Positions 37,332 to 47,090 are shown, numbered from the stretch's first letter. The stretch is 64,000 nt of DNA from an uncultured Anaerolineaceae bacterium (GCA_964385625.1 CAYLPS010000003.1:17007-81006), one strand, 5' to 3'. Program-made: numbers and translations. The notes: generated from the letters alone by a model not told the origin.

Positions 37332-39047
37332 TTATTGTTTTATATCCCATTCGGCAACATTGAAGAATGGGGTCGCTCCGGACATTTTAACATTCAACAT
37401 CCGATCGCTGAACCCAAACAGATCTGGATCCTGCCATAAACCAATCCAGTACGCGTTATCATAGATGAAGCGTGTAATCTGATAGAAGGTTTGCTGGCGT
37501 TCTGCAAAATCTACCTGAGTCGCTTGTTTCTGGAAAAGGCCATCCAGCGTTGGATCGCACAAGCCCGTCGGGCTAGTGCCCGCTGGATTATCATCTGTCG
37601 GGATATCTGAGCACAACCAGATAGCAGTGTTCGGATCGGGGAAGTCGGGTGAATCGGAGTACTCGATGAGATCCAATGAGAAGTTAGCGGATGGTCCGTT
37701 GTCTTGATAACCCAAGAAGAAGGTGTCGGCATCATAGCTCAATAATTCTATGCCGATACCGACGGCTGCCAAATCTTGCTGCCCAACTGCCTGAGTGTTT
37801 TGACGGACTTCACGACTGGTTGTACCCCATTTCAAAACCAGCTCGACGCCGTCTTTATCTACTGTGCCATCACCATTTGTGTCGGTCCAGCCAGCTTCAG
37901 CAAGCAACGCTTTGGCCTTCTCGGGGTCATATGGATAGGGGGTAATTGTTGGATCAATCCAAGGGGATTTATCCCAGTCGGTCGCGGCTACATCGGTTAG
38001 TCCAAGTAATAAATCCTGTACCAGTTTCTGGCGATTAAATCCATAGTCAATCGCCTGGCGTACCTTTACATCTTTCAATGCTGGATTGCCTTTGTCTGGA
38101 TGGACATTGAGATAGATACCTTCATTGTACCCTGAGAAGGAGTTGAGGATGGTGATACCTGCATCCTGAAGTTGGGGTACATCACTGTATGCAAAGAAGG
38201 TACCAACATCACCATCTCCAGCCACCAGTGCAGCAATCTGTGAAGCATCATCGGGGACAAACTGGAAGAAAAGCTCATCAATTTTTGGACGACCCAGCCA
38301 GTAATTATCGTTAGCGACGAAGCGGGCAAAGCTCCCCGACTGCCACTCATCCAAAACATACGGCCCACAGCCAACGGATGGGAATTTGTTCCAGGGTGCA
38401 GTGTCAATTGTGCCTTCTGCATCGAAATAAGGCTTCAAAATATGCTCTGGAATGATTTCCATAGCATTCGTCGATCCGCTGAATAATAATGCTAGCCATG
38501 GTGAGAAAGGATCAGGGAAGGTCATAACCACCGTCTGCGCGTCAGGGGTTTCGAATGATTCGATCAGGTCATAAGGTGATCTCGTGCTCACTGCATTTGC
38601 ATCTGACATGATCATATCGTAAGTGAACTTGAAATCCGCTGAAGTGATGGGCACACCATCCGACCACTTGATATCATCGCGTAATTTTAGCGTAATAGTG
38701 CGACCATCGTTGGTAATGCCCCCATTTTCTGTCGATGGAATTTCAGTCACTAGAGAGGGATAGGCATTATTCTGATCATCGAACATCCATGTTGCGCATG
38801 AATAGATTGGATAGACGACAGATACGAACCACATGTTGGTGTAAATCGGATTGAGCGTATCGAATTCCTGGGTCCAAATAAATTTCGCTACCTTTTTTGC
38901 AGCTGGTGCGGTCGTCGGTGGTATATCGGTTGGTACTGCAGCAGGAGCTTGGGTTTCCACCACGGTTGGTGAGGCTGCAGTCGCACAAGCCGATAACAAG
39001 ATACTTACAACCATAATACAGGTAAATAAGATGTTTTTCTGTTGCAT
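37332..39047 (-). CDS. ABC transporter substrate-binding lipoprotein, family 5 (peptide/nickel/oligosaccharide type)
   Basis: 571 aa. Signal peptide with lipobox LLSAC followed by an Ala/Pro/Thr-rich linker. Family-5 SBP length. GGAGGAG SD. Confidence 0.85.
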   Translation of the reverse strand: MQQKNILFTCIMVVSILLSACATAASPTVVETQAPAAVPTDIPPTTAPAAKKVAKFIWTQEFDTLNPIYTNMWFVSVVYPIYSCATWMFDDQNNAYPSLVTEIPSTENGGITNDGRTITLKLRDDIKWSDGVPITSADFKFTYDMIMSDANAVSTRSPYDLIESFETPDAQTVVMTFPDPFSPWLALLFSGSTNAMEIIPEHILKPYFDAEGTIDTAPWNKFPSVGCGPYVLDEWQSGSFARFVANDNYWLGRPKIDELFFQFVPDDASQIAALVAGDGDVGTFFAYSDVPQLQDAGITILNSFSGYNEGIYLNVHPDKGNPALKDVKVRQAIDYGFNRQKLVQDLLLGLTDVAATDWDKSPWIDPTITPYPYDPEKAKALLAEAGWTDTNGDGTVDKDGVELVLKWGTTSREVRQNTQAVGQQDLAAVGIGIELLSYDADTFFLGYQDNGPSANFSLDLIEYSDSPDFPDPNTAIWLCSDIPTDDNPAGTSPTGLCDPTLDGLFQKQATQVDFAERQQTFYQITRFIYDNAYWIGLWQDPDLFGFSDRMLNVKMSGATPFFNVAEWDIKQ

Positions 39048-39244
39048 ATCATTCTCCTCCAGAGATTATGTTGTGCGAATATACTTGTTTTTAATCGAAA
39101 AACAACTTGGTAATTAAATTATCTAATGGATGATCACCTCCTGAAGTATCTACTGGTTATCTAATTATTGGTTCAAATTTGCTTGGCTATATTATATTAT
39201 TTTTTCTAAATTTTTACGCATTAATTTTACCCGGCTTTCTAGCG

Positions 39245-39250
39245 TATAAT
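39245..39250 (+). promoter_or_regulatory. -10 box TATAAT 6 nt upstream of ATG 39257 (leaderless-type start)
   Basis: GCGTATAATTAATCCATG, with no SD. It sits in a 209-nt AT-rich divergent intergenic region. Confidence 0.5.
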
Positions 39251-39256
39251 TAATCC

Positions 39257-40438
39257 ATGACTCCTGATTATAAGCAACAAGTGATATCGATAATCGATCA
39301 TCAAGCTGAAAGACTTTGGGAGATCAGCTTAGCGATCTTCAATCATCCCGAGGTCGCATTTAAAGAGTATCATGCCAGTAAATTATTGGTTGATACCCTA
39401 AAATCCGGTGGCTTCGACACCCAAACCAATCTTGCAGGATTAGAGACTGCATTTATAGCCCGTTATGGTGATAAAACCCACCCTCGCATTGCCATCCTGG
39501 CTGAATATGACGCTCTGGTTGGTTTGGGACATGCCTGTGGTCATAACCTGATTGCGGCAGCAGCTATTGGCGCCGGGATGGCACTGGCAGCAGTAAATCC
39601 ACGCCTGGATGGGCAAATCAATATCATTGGAACGCCTGCTGAAGAAGGCGGGGGTGGCAAGATAATTTTGGCCCGCGCGGGTGTTTTCGATGATATCGAT
39701 GCCGCCATGATGTTCCATCCTGCCAGCAAGAATCTTGTCCTGCGCCCGTCATTGGCATCTTCCAGACTGAAGCTTGAATTCCATGGTAAAGCCTCCCATG
39801 CTGCAGCTGCACCGGAGGAAGGAATTAACGCCCTGGATGCACTAATCTTAACATTTAACAATATCCATGCAATACGCCCGACCCTCTTCCCAAAAGATCG
39901 CATTGCTGGGATCATCACACATGGAGGTGAAGCCGCAAATATCATTCCTGCATATACTTCTGCCGATTTTAGTATTCGTAGCCTGGCTACGAAACGCCGT
40001 GATTTCCTGGTAAGCAAGGTTATCGACTGCGCGCAATCCGCAGCCCAGGCGATAGGTTGCCAGTTGAAATATACGACCACTCCTGGTTATCAGGAAATCA
40101 TTCCGAATCATGTCCTTGCAGAGTTGTTCACTTCCAATCTGGCAATCCTGGGTAGACAGGTATCGGAGCTAGATCCGAATGAGCGGATGGGCTCAACTGA
40201 CATGGGTGATGTCAGCCACCTCGTTCCGGCGATTCACCCTTACTTGGCAATGGCTCCCGAAAACGTGGCTGGTCATACCCTTGAATTTAAAGAATACTGC
40301 CAATCTGAAGCAGGCAAAGCTGCACTGTTGGATGCAGCCAAGGCTATGGCGATGACCACGATTGACCTATTCACTGACCCAGATCTGCTTGAAAAAGCCA
40401 GGGAAGAGCTGAGTTCTACTCGAAAGGAATTAAAATAA
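39257..40438 (+). CDS. M20D-family amidohydrolase (aminoacylase/AbgB-like)
   Basis: 393 aa. Metal-binding context GLGHACGHNLIAAAA, GTPAEEGGGGK and FHGKASHAAAAPEEGINALDA. Confidence 0.85.
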   Translation: MTPDYKQQVISIIDHQAERLWEISLAIFNHPEVAFKEYHASKLLVDTLKSGGFDTQTNLAGLETAFIARYGDKTHPRIAILAEYDALVGLGHACGHNLIAAAAIGAGMALAAVNPRLDGQINIIGTPAEEGGGGKIILARAGVFDDIDAAMMFHPASKNLVLRPSLASSRLKLEFHGKASHAAAAPEEGINALDALILTFNNIHAIRPTLFPKDRIAGIITHGGEAANIIPAYTSADFSIRSLATKRRDFLVSKVIDCAQSAAQAIGCQLKYTTTPGYQEIIPNHVLAELFTSNLAILGRQVSELDPNERMGSTDMGDVSHLVPAIHPYLAMAPENVAGHTLEFKEYCQSEAGKAALLDAAKAMAMTTIDLFTDPDLLEKAREELSSTRKELK

Positions 40439-40473
40439 ATACCATCAGATAATCCAATGAGGAGGAGATAAAT

Positions 40474-41142
40474 ATGGCTAGTCATTATCTTCAAAGTTTA
40501 TTGGGTGAGCATGAAAAAATAATCCTCGCCACCCGCCACCACTGGTTTGTTTTAGCCAGGTCGATTATCTTGGAAGCGTTTTTAATCATCCTCATTTTTA
40601 CTGCTACGGTCGTCAACTTCATATTCTTATATCCCAACCAGCAAACCATCTCCGTCATTATCGGGTTTATTGGCTTTGCCTTGTTGCTGGTTCCCATTGT
40701 CACTGGAACGCGGGATATTTTAATCTGGACCAACCATCTATATGTGGTCACCAATTTGCGCGTGATGCAGATCGCCGGCGTCTTCAATAAGAGAGTAATT
40801 GATTCATCGCTCGACAAAGTCAATGATATCAAGATGGAGCAGTCGGCTACAGGCCGCATGTTTGGTTATGGTGATATCGAAATTTTGACTGCCAGCGAGT
40901 TGGGTGTTAATCAGTTTAAAAAGATTGACGACCCCCTGAAATTCAAGAACTCAATCATCAATGCCAAAGCCTATCTGGAGCATGCGGCTCAATTTGCACC
41001 GCCTCCTGCCCCCCCGCCACTTCCGGAAACCAAAATGGATATCCCCGCCATGATTGGTCAGCTTGCTGAGCTGCGTAAGCAGGGCGTCCTGACGGAAGAT
41101 GAATTCCAGAGGAAAAAAGCTGAGCTGCTGACGAAACTATAA
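40474..41142 (+). CDS. Membrane protein with bacterial PH (bPH_2/YdbT-like) domain, Pro-rich linker and C-terminal SHOCT domain
   Basis: 222 aa. Two TM segments are followed by LYVVTNLRVMQIAG...GDIEI (the bPH pattern), then PPPAPPPLP, then the SHOCT-like IGQLAELRKQGVLTEDEFQRKKAELL. GAGGAGG SD. Confidence 0.65.
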   Translation: MASHYLQSLLGEHEKIILATRHHWFVLARSIILEAFLIILIFTATVVNFIFLYPNQQTISVIIGFIGFALLLVPIVTGTRDILIWTNHLYVVTNLRVMQIAGVFNKRVIDSSLDKVNDIKMEQSATGRMFGYGDIEILTASELGVNQFKKIDDPLKFKNSIINAKAYLEHAAQFAPPPAPPPLPETKMDIPAMIGQLAELRKQGVLTEDEFQRKKAELLTKL

Positions 41143-41144
41143 AA

Positions 41145-42308
41145 ATGACTGAATTCCACCCTTATTACGAGTTGACCTGGCCAGAAGTCCAATCGCTATC
41201 CAGGCAGATACCGGTTGTCCTTACATTGGGGACAGGGTATCCTCTCAACCTGATTGCCGAGGTACTCGACAATCCTACAGACGCATACTTACTGCCCCCG
41301 TTTCCGTTTGGATGGCAGGGTAGTGGTTTGCCAGTTTCTGAGATTAATTTAATCAGTTATATCGGCAACATTATCAACAGTCTCAGGGACGATGGCTTCA
41401 CCAACCCGCTGGTGGTTACTCCTCCGGGTCTAAACCTCAACCTGACTGTACCTTGGATTTCAATCCCCCAAGCTCAAGAAAAACTGGAAACGCCATATTT
41501 ACCTCCTGACGCCGAACGGGGCAAAGTGGTCCTGATTCCCATCGGTCATATCGAGCAGCATGGCTATCACCTGCCTCTTTCCACCGATACGCTGATCATC
41601 GATGCCATTGCCCAGGGTATTGTTGATAGCATTCCGGACCAGGCTTATCGACTTCCCGTTATGCCCTATGGGGTTAGCACGCACCGCTCATCATTTGCCG
41701 GCACATTTAATGCAGGTGGGCGCGCTTTTGAAGATTTTTGGCTGAATGTCATTGACGCGTTGGCTGGGCGTGGATTCGACCTTTTTTACCTGATCAGCGG
41801 GCATGGCGGTAATAGCTCATTTATCACCAACGTGGTGAAATATGCTGGTGAGCGTCACCCACGCATTTTCTGCGCTACTGCCTGGTTGTATTTATCAGGG
41901 CCTACCGGGATTGCCTCTCTTGAGAAATACCGCCAATCTGGACTTGGCGGTATGGGCCACGCCTGCGAGCTTGAAACCTCTTTGGTCCTCCATTTACAGC
42001 CTTCTCTAGTGCACATGGAGCGAGTGGTGGACGAGACCAATTTCGTTTCCACGCCAAATTATTATATGGATTGGGTGGAAGGTGGTGCCTTGATTGCCAA
42101 TCCTCCTTGGGATGATGATACGCGCACAGGTGCGTATGGCGCGGGTAGCCTCGCTACAGCCGAAAAAGGGAACATCTGGCTTAAGGCCGCCATAGAAGAA
42201 AAAATCACCCATGTTCACGAGATCCATTTACAGCAAAAAATGCGCCAGGAGCGGCGTGATGCTGGATATGGTTTATGGGGCCAACATAAACATAAAGATG
42301 AAGGGTGA
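41145..42308 (+). CDS. Creatininase-family amidohydrolase with a ~125-aa N-terminal extension
   Basis: 387 aa. The family core begins at VVLIPIGHIEQHGYHLPLSTD and includes ISGHGGN and HACELETS. Confidence 0.7.
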   Translation: MTEFHPYYELTWPEVQSLSRQIPVVLTLGTGYPLNLIAEVLDNPTDAYLLPPFPFGWQGSGLPVSEINLISYIGNIINSLRDDGFTNPLVVTPPGLNLNLTVPWISIPQAQEKLETPYLPPDAERGKVVLIPIGHIEQHGYHLPLSTDTLIIDAIAQGIVDSIPDQAYRLPVMPYGVSTHRSSFAGTFNAGGRAFEDFWLNVIDALAGRGFDLFYLISGHGGNSSFITNVVKYAGERHPRIFCATAWLYLSGPTGIASLEKYRQSGLGGMGHACELETSLVLHLQPSLVHMERVVDETNFVSTPNYYMDWVEGGALIANPPWDDDTRTGAYGAGSLATAEKGNIWLKAAIEEKITHVHEIHLQQKMRQERRDAGYGLWGQHKHKDEG

Positions 42309-42346
42309 GGTTCAGGATATTCCGTAATATGGTTTATTGAATCTTT

Positions 42347-42390
42347 AAAGTTGCCTCCTTATCACTCGCATGGCAACTTTTTATTTGTTT
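42347..42390 (+). terminator. Intrinsic terminator after the creatininase-family gene
   Basis: Stem AAAGTTGCC (42347-42355) pairs with GGCAACTTT (42372-42380) around a 16-nt loop, followed by TTATTTGTTT. Confidence 0.65.
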
Positions 42391-42423
42391 GCCCAAATCT
42401 AAAACCTGTCACACAACCTAAAA

Positions 42424-43707
42424 TTAAGCGTTCCCACCAATCTGATTGCTTCCCAGATTATCGATCACTTCCTCATACACATGGTTGAGTCTTGCAGCGA
42501 TCTTTTCCCAAGCATAGCCCTGCGCTATCTGAACAGCATGCCTACCCAGCTGGTCTCGCAGGTTTTTATCTTTAAGCAACAATGTCAATCGATCCGCCAG
42601 CTGTGCTGGCTCATCTACCGGCACTGTGTAACCTGTGATGCCATCCTGTATCAGGTAAGCCAATCCCCCGATTTGTGAAGCCACCACCGGAGTGCCGCAC
42701 GCCATTGCCTCCAGCGCAACCATACCAAACGATTCGTACTGTGATGGCACTACCACCGCTTCGGCAGCCGAATAATAATACGGTAGGGAATCCTGGCTGC
42801 GCTTACCTAAAAATGTCACCAGGTTGTTCAATCCATTTTGCTCGGTTAATTCCTTGATGCGTGCCATTTCCATGTCCGTCTGCTCTTGGTTTACCTCAGG
42901 GTCTCCTCCAATAATCGCCAGGCAGAATGGATCCTCTTTAAATTCATCATCCTGGTGCATGATTCCAATAGCTTCGATCAGCACATCCAGCCCCTTCAAC
43001 GGCTCAATCCTGCCCACGAAGAGCAGCATCCGTTGGCATGGTGGTACCCCAATGTATTCTTTTGCCTCATCAGGCGGGATGGGATAAAATTTTCCCACAT
43101 CCACTCCGGGTGGTATCACCGTGATTTTATCGACATCTGCCTGGTAAAGCCATAGCAATTGGGCATATTCAGCCGTTGTTGCCGCAATGATCCTTTTGGC
43201 TGATTTTAGTACTTCCTTTTCTCCCTCAATGCGATATTCACCCTCAAGCTCTTCGGGGGACTGAGCTACCCGATTCTTCATCAGCCCAAGTGTGTGAAAC
43301 ATCTGTATGTTTGGTATATTCCACATTTTATCCAGCGCGATGGCTGCCAAGCCTGACATCCAGTAATGGCTGTGGATCAGGTCATAATGGATATCCTTGC
43401 TGTCAGCAAAATACTCAATGTTGGCTACAAATTCGTGTATATATGTGATCAATTCTTTCTTTGGTAAAGGATATTCTGGTCCGGCGGGTATATGAACGAC
43501 TCGATTGCCATATCCCAGGTCGTGCAGCACGTGGGGGACGTGCTCATTTTGCGAACGGGTGAATACATCCACATGCACGCCCATCGTTCCTAATTGCCGG
43601 GTAATCTCTTTCACATACACATTCATACCTCCTGTATCTTTGCCTCCCAATGTAGCCAGTGGGCAGGTATGGTATGAAAGCATGGCTATGCGCAACTGCC
43701 TATCCAT
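42424..43707 (-). CDS. GT4-family glycosyltransferase (MshA/BshA/sucrose-phosphate-synthase-like)
   Basis: The ORF track gives 42424-43713 from a TTG. The first ATG is at 43707. N-terminal IAMLSYHTCPLATLGGKDTGGMNVYV and a C-terminal E-x7-E region (PSQYESFGMVALEAMACGTPVV). Confidence 0.8.
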   Translation of the reverse strand: MDRQLRIAMLSYHTCPLATLGGKDTGGMNVYVKEITRQLGTMGVHVDVFTRSQNEHVPHVLHDLGYGNRVVHIPAGPEYPLPKKELITYIHEFVANIEYFADSKDIHYDLIHSHYWMSGLAAIALDKMWNIPNIQMFHTLGLMKNRVAQSPEELEGEYRIEGEKEVLKSAKRIIAATTAEYAQLLWLYQADVDKITVIPPGVDVGKFYPIPPDEAKEYIGVPPCQRMLLFVGRIEPLKGLDVLIEAIGIMHQDDEFKEDPFCLAIIGGDPEVNQEQTDMEMARIKELTEQNGLNNLVTFLGKRSQDSLPYYYSAAEAVVVPSQYESFGMVALEAMACGTPVVASQIGGLAYLIQDGITGYTVPVDEPAQLADRLTLLLKDKNLRDQLGRHAVQIAQGYAWEKIAARLNHVYEEVIDNLGSNQIGGNA

Positions 43708-43762
43708 GAACAAATCTTCCCACCATCCAATTATCCACTGATTTTCTGCCTTTCATCGCTTA

Positions 43763-43771
43763 TGGTATAAT
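43763..43771 (+). promoter_or_regulatory. Extended -10 (TGGTATAAT) promoter of tRNA-Thr
   Basis: TGGTATAATCCC lies 22 nt upstream of the mature tRNA 5' end. The same 12-mer recurs at 47203. Confidence 0.6.
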
Positions 43772-43792
43772 CCCGTCGCTTCACTCTCTGCT

Positions 43793-43865
43793 GCCACCGT
43801 AGCTCAGCCGGCAGAGCAAGCGTTTCGTAAACGTTAGGTCAAGGGTTCAATTCCCTTCGGTGGCT
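43793..43865 (+). tRNA. tRNA-Thr (anticodon CGU)
   Basis: GCCACCGTAGCTCAGCCGGCAGAGCAAGCGTTTCGTAAACGTTAGGTCAAGGGTTCAATTCCCTTCGGTGGCT. It folds as a cloverleaf with 7-bp acceptor stem GCCACCG/CGGTGGC, anticodon loop TT-CGT-AA and T-loop GGTTCAATTCC. Confidence 0.9.
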
Positions 43866-43869
43866 CACA

Positions 43870-43897
43870 AACAGGCAACGCGTTGGCGTTGCCTGTT
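43870..43897 (+). terminator. Stem-loop downstream of tRNA-Thr (weak terminator or processing signal)
   Basis: AACAGGCAACG-CGTTGG-CGTTGCCTGTT, an 11-bp stem. No T-run follows, hence the low confidence as a terminator. Confidence 0.4.
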
Positions 43898-43952
43898 ATA
43901 CGATTAACCCTATTCCCTGGTAATTCATCTGTCATCATTAACCTTATTCCAG

Positions 43953-43958
43953 TATAAT
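43953..43958 (+). promoter_or_regulatory. -10 box TATAAT 6 nt upstream of udk ATG (leaderless-type start)
   Basis: CAGTATAATTCCTTCATG, with no SD. Confidence 0.5.
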
Positions 43959-43964
43959 TCCTTC

Positions 43965-44603
43965 ATGCCAAATCGTACACCCCCACTTGTAATCGGCGTC
44001 GCTGGTGGCACGGGTTCGGGAAAAACAACGGTTGCAAAAGTCATCATCGACCGGGTGGGTGCAAATCACATCGCTTTTTTACCCCATGATGCTTACTATA
44101 AAGATTTGGCAGGGTTAACCCCTGCCCAACGAGCAACAATCAACTACGATCACCCCGACTCGCTTGAAACCAGCCTGTTGGTCCATCATATTAAACAGCT
44201 CAAGGATTTTAAAAGCATTGAGCTTCCAGTGTACGATTTCAAGACCCATACCCGCACTACTACAACCCTTCATCTCGAGTCCCAGCCGGTGATACTGGTC
44301 GAAGGCATCTTGATCCTGGCTGAAAAATCCTTGCGAGATTTATTCGATGTAAAAATCTTTGTCGATACCGATCCCGACATCCGATTCATCCGCCGTCTCG
44401 AACGCGATATCGCCGAAAGGGGTCGCACCAGTGCCTCGGTGATCCAGCAATACCTGGCAACGGTGCGCCCCATGCACCTTGAATTTGTCGAGCCTTCTAA
44501 GCGCTATGCAGACGTGATCATTCCGGAAGGTGGCTTGAATACCGTGGCCATGGATATGGTCGTTGCTCGTTTAGAAGTACTGCTCCGCAGCCATCATTCA
44601 TGA
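43965..44603 (+). CDS. udk: Uridine kinase
   Basis: 212 aa. P-loop [19 protein letters not shown], and a length and C-terminus typical of Udk. Confidence 0.9.
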   Translation: MPNRTPPLVIGVAGGTGSGKTTVAKVIIDRVGANHIAFLPHDAYYKDLAGLTPAQRATINYDHPDSLETSLLVHHIKQLKDFKSIELPVYDFKTHTRTTTTLHLESQPVILVEGILILAEKSLRDLFDVKIFVDTDPDIRFIRRLERDIAERGRTSASVIQQYLATVRPMHLEFVEPSKRYADVIIPEGGLNTVAMDMVVARLEVLLRSHHS

Positions 44604-45133
44604 ATTGGAAAGGAAACAGCATGTCATATCAGCAATGGTCAAACCCTCCCCAGTTAGCGATCGATAGCAAGAAATCTTATTCAGCAATCATCAAGACCGA
44701 CAAAGGTGATATCCACATCAAGCTTTATGCTGATAAAACACCGATTACGGCTAATAACTTCGTTTTCTTATCGCGCCAGGGATTTTACAACGGCACTATC
44801 TTCCACCGCGTGATCTCCGATTTTATGGCCCAGGGAGGTGATCCCACCGGGACCGGGATGGGCGGTCCTGGCTATCATTTCAGAGATGAATTCAATCCCA
44901 GCCTGCGGCATGACAAACCTGGCATCCTGTCCATGGCTAATTCAGGGCCGAACACCAATGGATCGCAATTCTTCATCACTCATCTGGCGACGCCGTGGCT
45001 GGACAATAAGCATAGTATATTTGGACAGGTTACTGCTGGAATGGATGTGGTGCTATCCATCCCACCTCGCGATCCATCCAGACGTGATGCACCTGCTGTA
45101 AAAATAATCTCTGTAACGATTTTGGAACAGTGA
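44600..45133 (+). CDS. ppiB: Cyclophilin-type peptidyl-prolyl cis-trans isomerase
   Basis: 177 aa. [36 protein letters not shown]. The start is either ATG 44600 (ATGA overlap with udk) or ATG 44621. Confidence 0.9.
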   Translation: MNWKGNSMSYQQWSNPPQLAIDSKKSYSAIIKTDKGDIHIKLYADKTPITANNFVFLSRQGFYNGTIFHRVISDFMAQGGDPTGTGMGGPGYHFRDEFNPSLRHDKPGILSMANSGPNTNGSQFFITHLATPWLDNKHSIFGQVTAGMDVVLSIPPRDPSRRDAPAVKIISVTILEQ

Positions 45134-45137
45134 TTCT

Positions 45138-45683
45138 TTGACCAAATCAAAGTGGTTCCAGATTGGAATACGCATCTTCTCGATTGGATTCGTAATTGCC
45201 ATTACGGTTTTGATCGTCATTTTCCACTCGAAAGCCGCTGGATTCCAAAAATATGGTTACCCCGGCATTTTTGTGCTTTCTTTCCTTACCTATGCTACGG
45301 TAATCGTTCCTGTCCCGGGCCTGCTGGTGATTTCTGCCATGGGAGTATACTTCAATCCCTTGTTAATTGCCCTATCAGCCGGCCTGGGAGCTGCATTGGG
45401 GCAGCTGACCGGGTATTTGGCGGGGTTCGGCAGCCAGCCTGTGGTTGAAAGGGTCCAAATCTATAAGCGCATGGTGGAGTGGGTAAGGAAAAATGGCCCT
45501 CTTTCGATACTTATCTTAGCTGCTATACCAAATCCTATATTTGACATCACCGGCGCTGCGGCAGGTGCCTTGCGCATGCCGGTGTTAAAATTTTTTGTTT
45601 GGACCTGGATAGGAGAAACCATCAAGATGCTTTTATTTGCTTATTTTGGCTCCTATCTTGGTTCTTTTTTCGGATTTTCTTAA
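45138..45683 (+). CDS. YqaA/DedA-related (VTT-domain) small membrane protein
   Basis: 181 aa with 4-5 TM segments. The motif YPGIFVLSFLTYATVIVPVPG...GAALGQLTGYLAG is typical of the family. TTG start. Confidence 0.6.
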   Translation: MTKSKWFQIGIRIFSIGFVIAITVLIVIFHSKAAGFQKYGYPGIFVLSFLTYATVIVPVPGLLVISAMGVYFNPLLIALSAGLGAALGQLTGYLAGFGSQPVVERVQIYKRMVEWVRKNGPLSILILAAIPNPIFDITGAAAGALRMPVLKFFVWTWIGETIKMLLFAYFGSYLGSFFGFS

Positions 45684-45705
45684 GTTAAATGGCAGAAAGG
45701 ATATT

Positions 45706-47070
45706 ATGGATAATTTTACGAAATACGACAGGTTCCTGCAATACAATCTGGATAACAGCATCACCGAGCTATCCCGCTATTGTAAGCAACCCAGTGTAGC
45801 AGCACAGAATTGGGGAATGGCCGAATGCGCCGCCCTGACCGCAGAAATGCTGAAATCACGGGATTTCAACGTGCAAATTATTGGCACCGATGGTGCTCCG
45901 GTGATTTTTGGTGAAAGGTCTGGTCGTTCTAATAAAACCCTGCTTATCTACAACCATTATGATGTCCAGCCTCCTGAACCGCTGGAATTGTGGGATAGCC
46001 CGCCCTTCGAGCCCACCCTGAGGGACGGCAAGCTGTTCGCACGCGGGGTGAGTGATGACAAAGGTCATCTGGTCAGCCGCCTGTTCGCCATCGATTCAAT
46101 CCTGGCCAATGATGGGGAACTGCCATGCAATATAAAGTTCATCATCGAAGGCGAGGAAGAGGTCAGCAGCATCCATCTGAAGGAGTTCGTGCTTTCTCAT
46201 TTGGATCAGCTCAGGGCTGATGCCTGCATCTGGGAATTTGGGGGTGTCGATCACCGTGAAGTACCCATTCAACACCTCGGTTTACGCGGGATATGCTACG
46301 TTGAGCTATCGGTCGAAACCGCCAAAATTGATGCTCATTCTGGCTTGGGTGGCTCGATCTTTCCCAATGCTGCCTGGAGGTTGGTGTGGGCGCTTGCATC
46401 GCTGAAAGGTGAAGATGAGCGAATACGCCTCCCAGGACATTATGATTCTGTCAGGCCTCCGAGCGAGCGCGATCGCCAGCTGTTCGCCGCACTTCCCGAC
46501 TCTGCTGATGAATACAAAACACGTTACGGAGTGGATCATTTCCTGCGCGGTCTCAGCGGCGGGATTGACCTGCACCTGGCTGAAGTATTTGAGCCCACCT
46601 GCACCATCTGCGGCTTGACCTCCGGCTACCAGGGGAAAGGCTCCAAAACGGTACTTCCTGCCCGCGCATCAGCCAAGGTAGATTTCCGCCTGGTGCCTGA
46701 CCAAACTCCCGATCAGGTCGTGAAAGCCTTGCGCACTCATCTGGATCACGAGGGCTTCGCTGACGTGCAGATTAAATTCCTGGGCGGGGAAGAGCCTGCC
46801 CGGACCGATCCTGATGATCCATTCGTTGCCCTGGTTGTGGAAACCGCCCGCACAGTTTACGGGCAACCCATGCAGATTGTTCCCATGAGCGGAGGCTCTG
46901 GTCCCAACCACGCCTTTGTGCACAACCTGCACCTGCCAGTCGTTTCTGCTGGCATCGGCTACCCGGGAGCACAAGGCCATGCCCCTAACGAGAATATCCG
47001 CCTTGACCTCTACCTTAAAGGCGCCATGCATATCGTCAGGATCATTGAGGAATTCAGTCGCTTAGAATAA
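45706..47070 (+). CDS. M20-family dipeptidase/deacylase (ArgE/DapE/CPG2-like)
   Basis: The ORF track gives 45637-47070. The ATG at 45706 is preceded by an AAAGGA SD and removes the overlap with the upstream gene. Motifs YNHYDVQP, ARGVSDDKG and IIEGEEEVSS. Confidence 0.85.
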   Translation: MDNFTKYDRFLQYNLDNSITELSRYCKQPSVAAQNWGMAECAALTAEMLKSRDFNVQIIGTDGAPVIFGERSGRSNKTLLIYNHYDVQPPEPLELWDSPPFEPTLRDGKLFARGVSDDKGHLVSRLFAIDSILANDGELPCNIKFIIEGEEEVSSIHLKEFVLSHLDQLRADACIWEFGGVDHREVPIQHLGLRGICYVELSVETAKIDAHSGLGGSIFPNAAWRLVWALASLKGEDERIRLPGHYDSVRPPSERDRQLFAALPDSADEYKTRYGVDHFLRGLSGGIDLHLAEVFEPTCTICGLTSGYQGKGSKTVLPARASAKVDFRLVPDQTPDQVVKALRTHLDHEGFADVQIKFLGGEEPARTDPDDPFVALVVETARTVYGQPMQIVPMSGGSGPNHAFVHNLHLPVVSAGIGYPGAQGHAPNENIRLDLYLKGAMHIVRIIEEFSRLE

Positions 47071-47090
47071 CCAATCTGAGCCACTCCTGT

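Noticed and set aside
39125-39163. 12-codon plus-strand mini-ORF (MDDHLLKYLLVI) in the opp/M20D intergenic region
   Set aside because: It has no SD or convincing promoter, it is very short, and the sequence alone gives no conservation evidence.
39541-40080. 179-aa minus-strand ORF
   Set aside because: It is antisense to the M20D amidohydrolase gene and has an Ala/Arg-rich composition.
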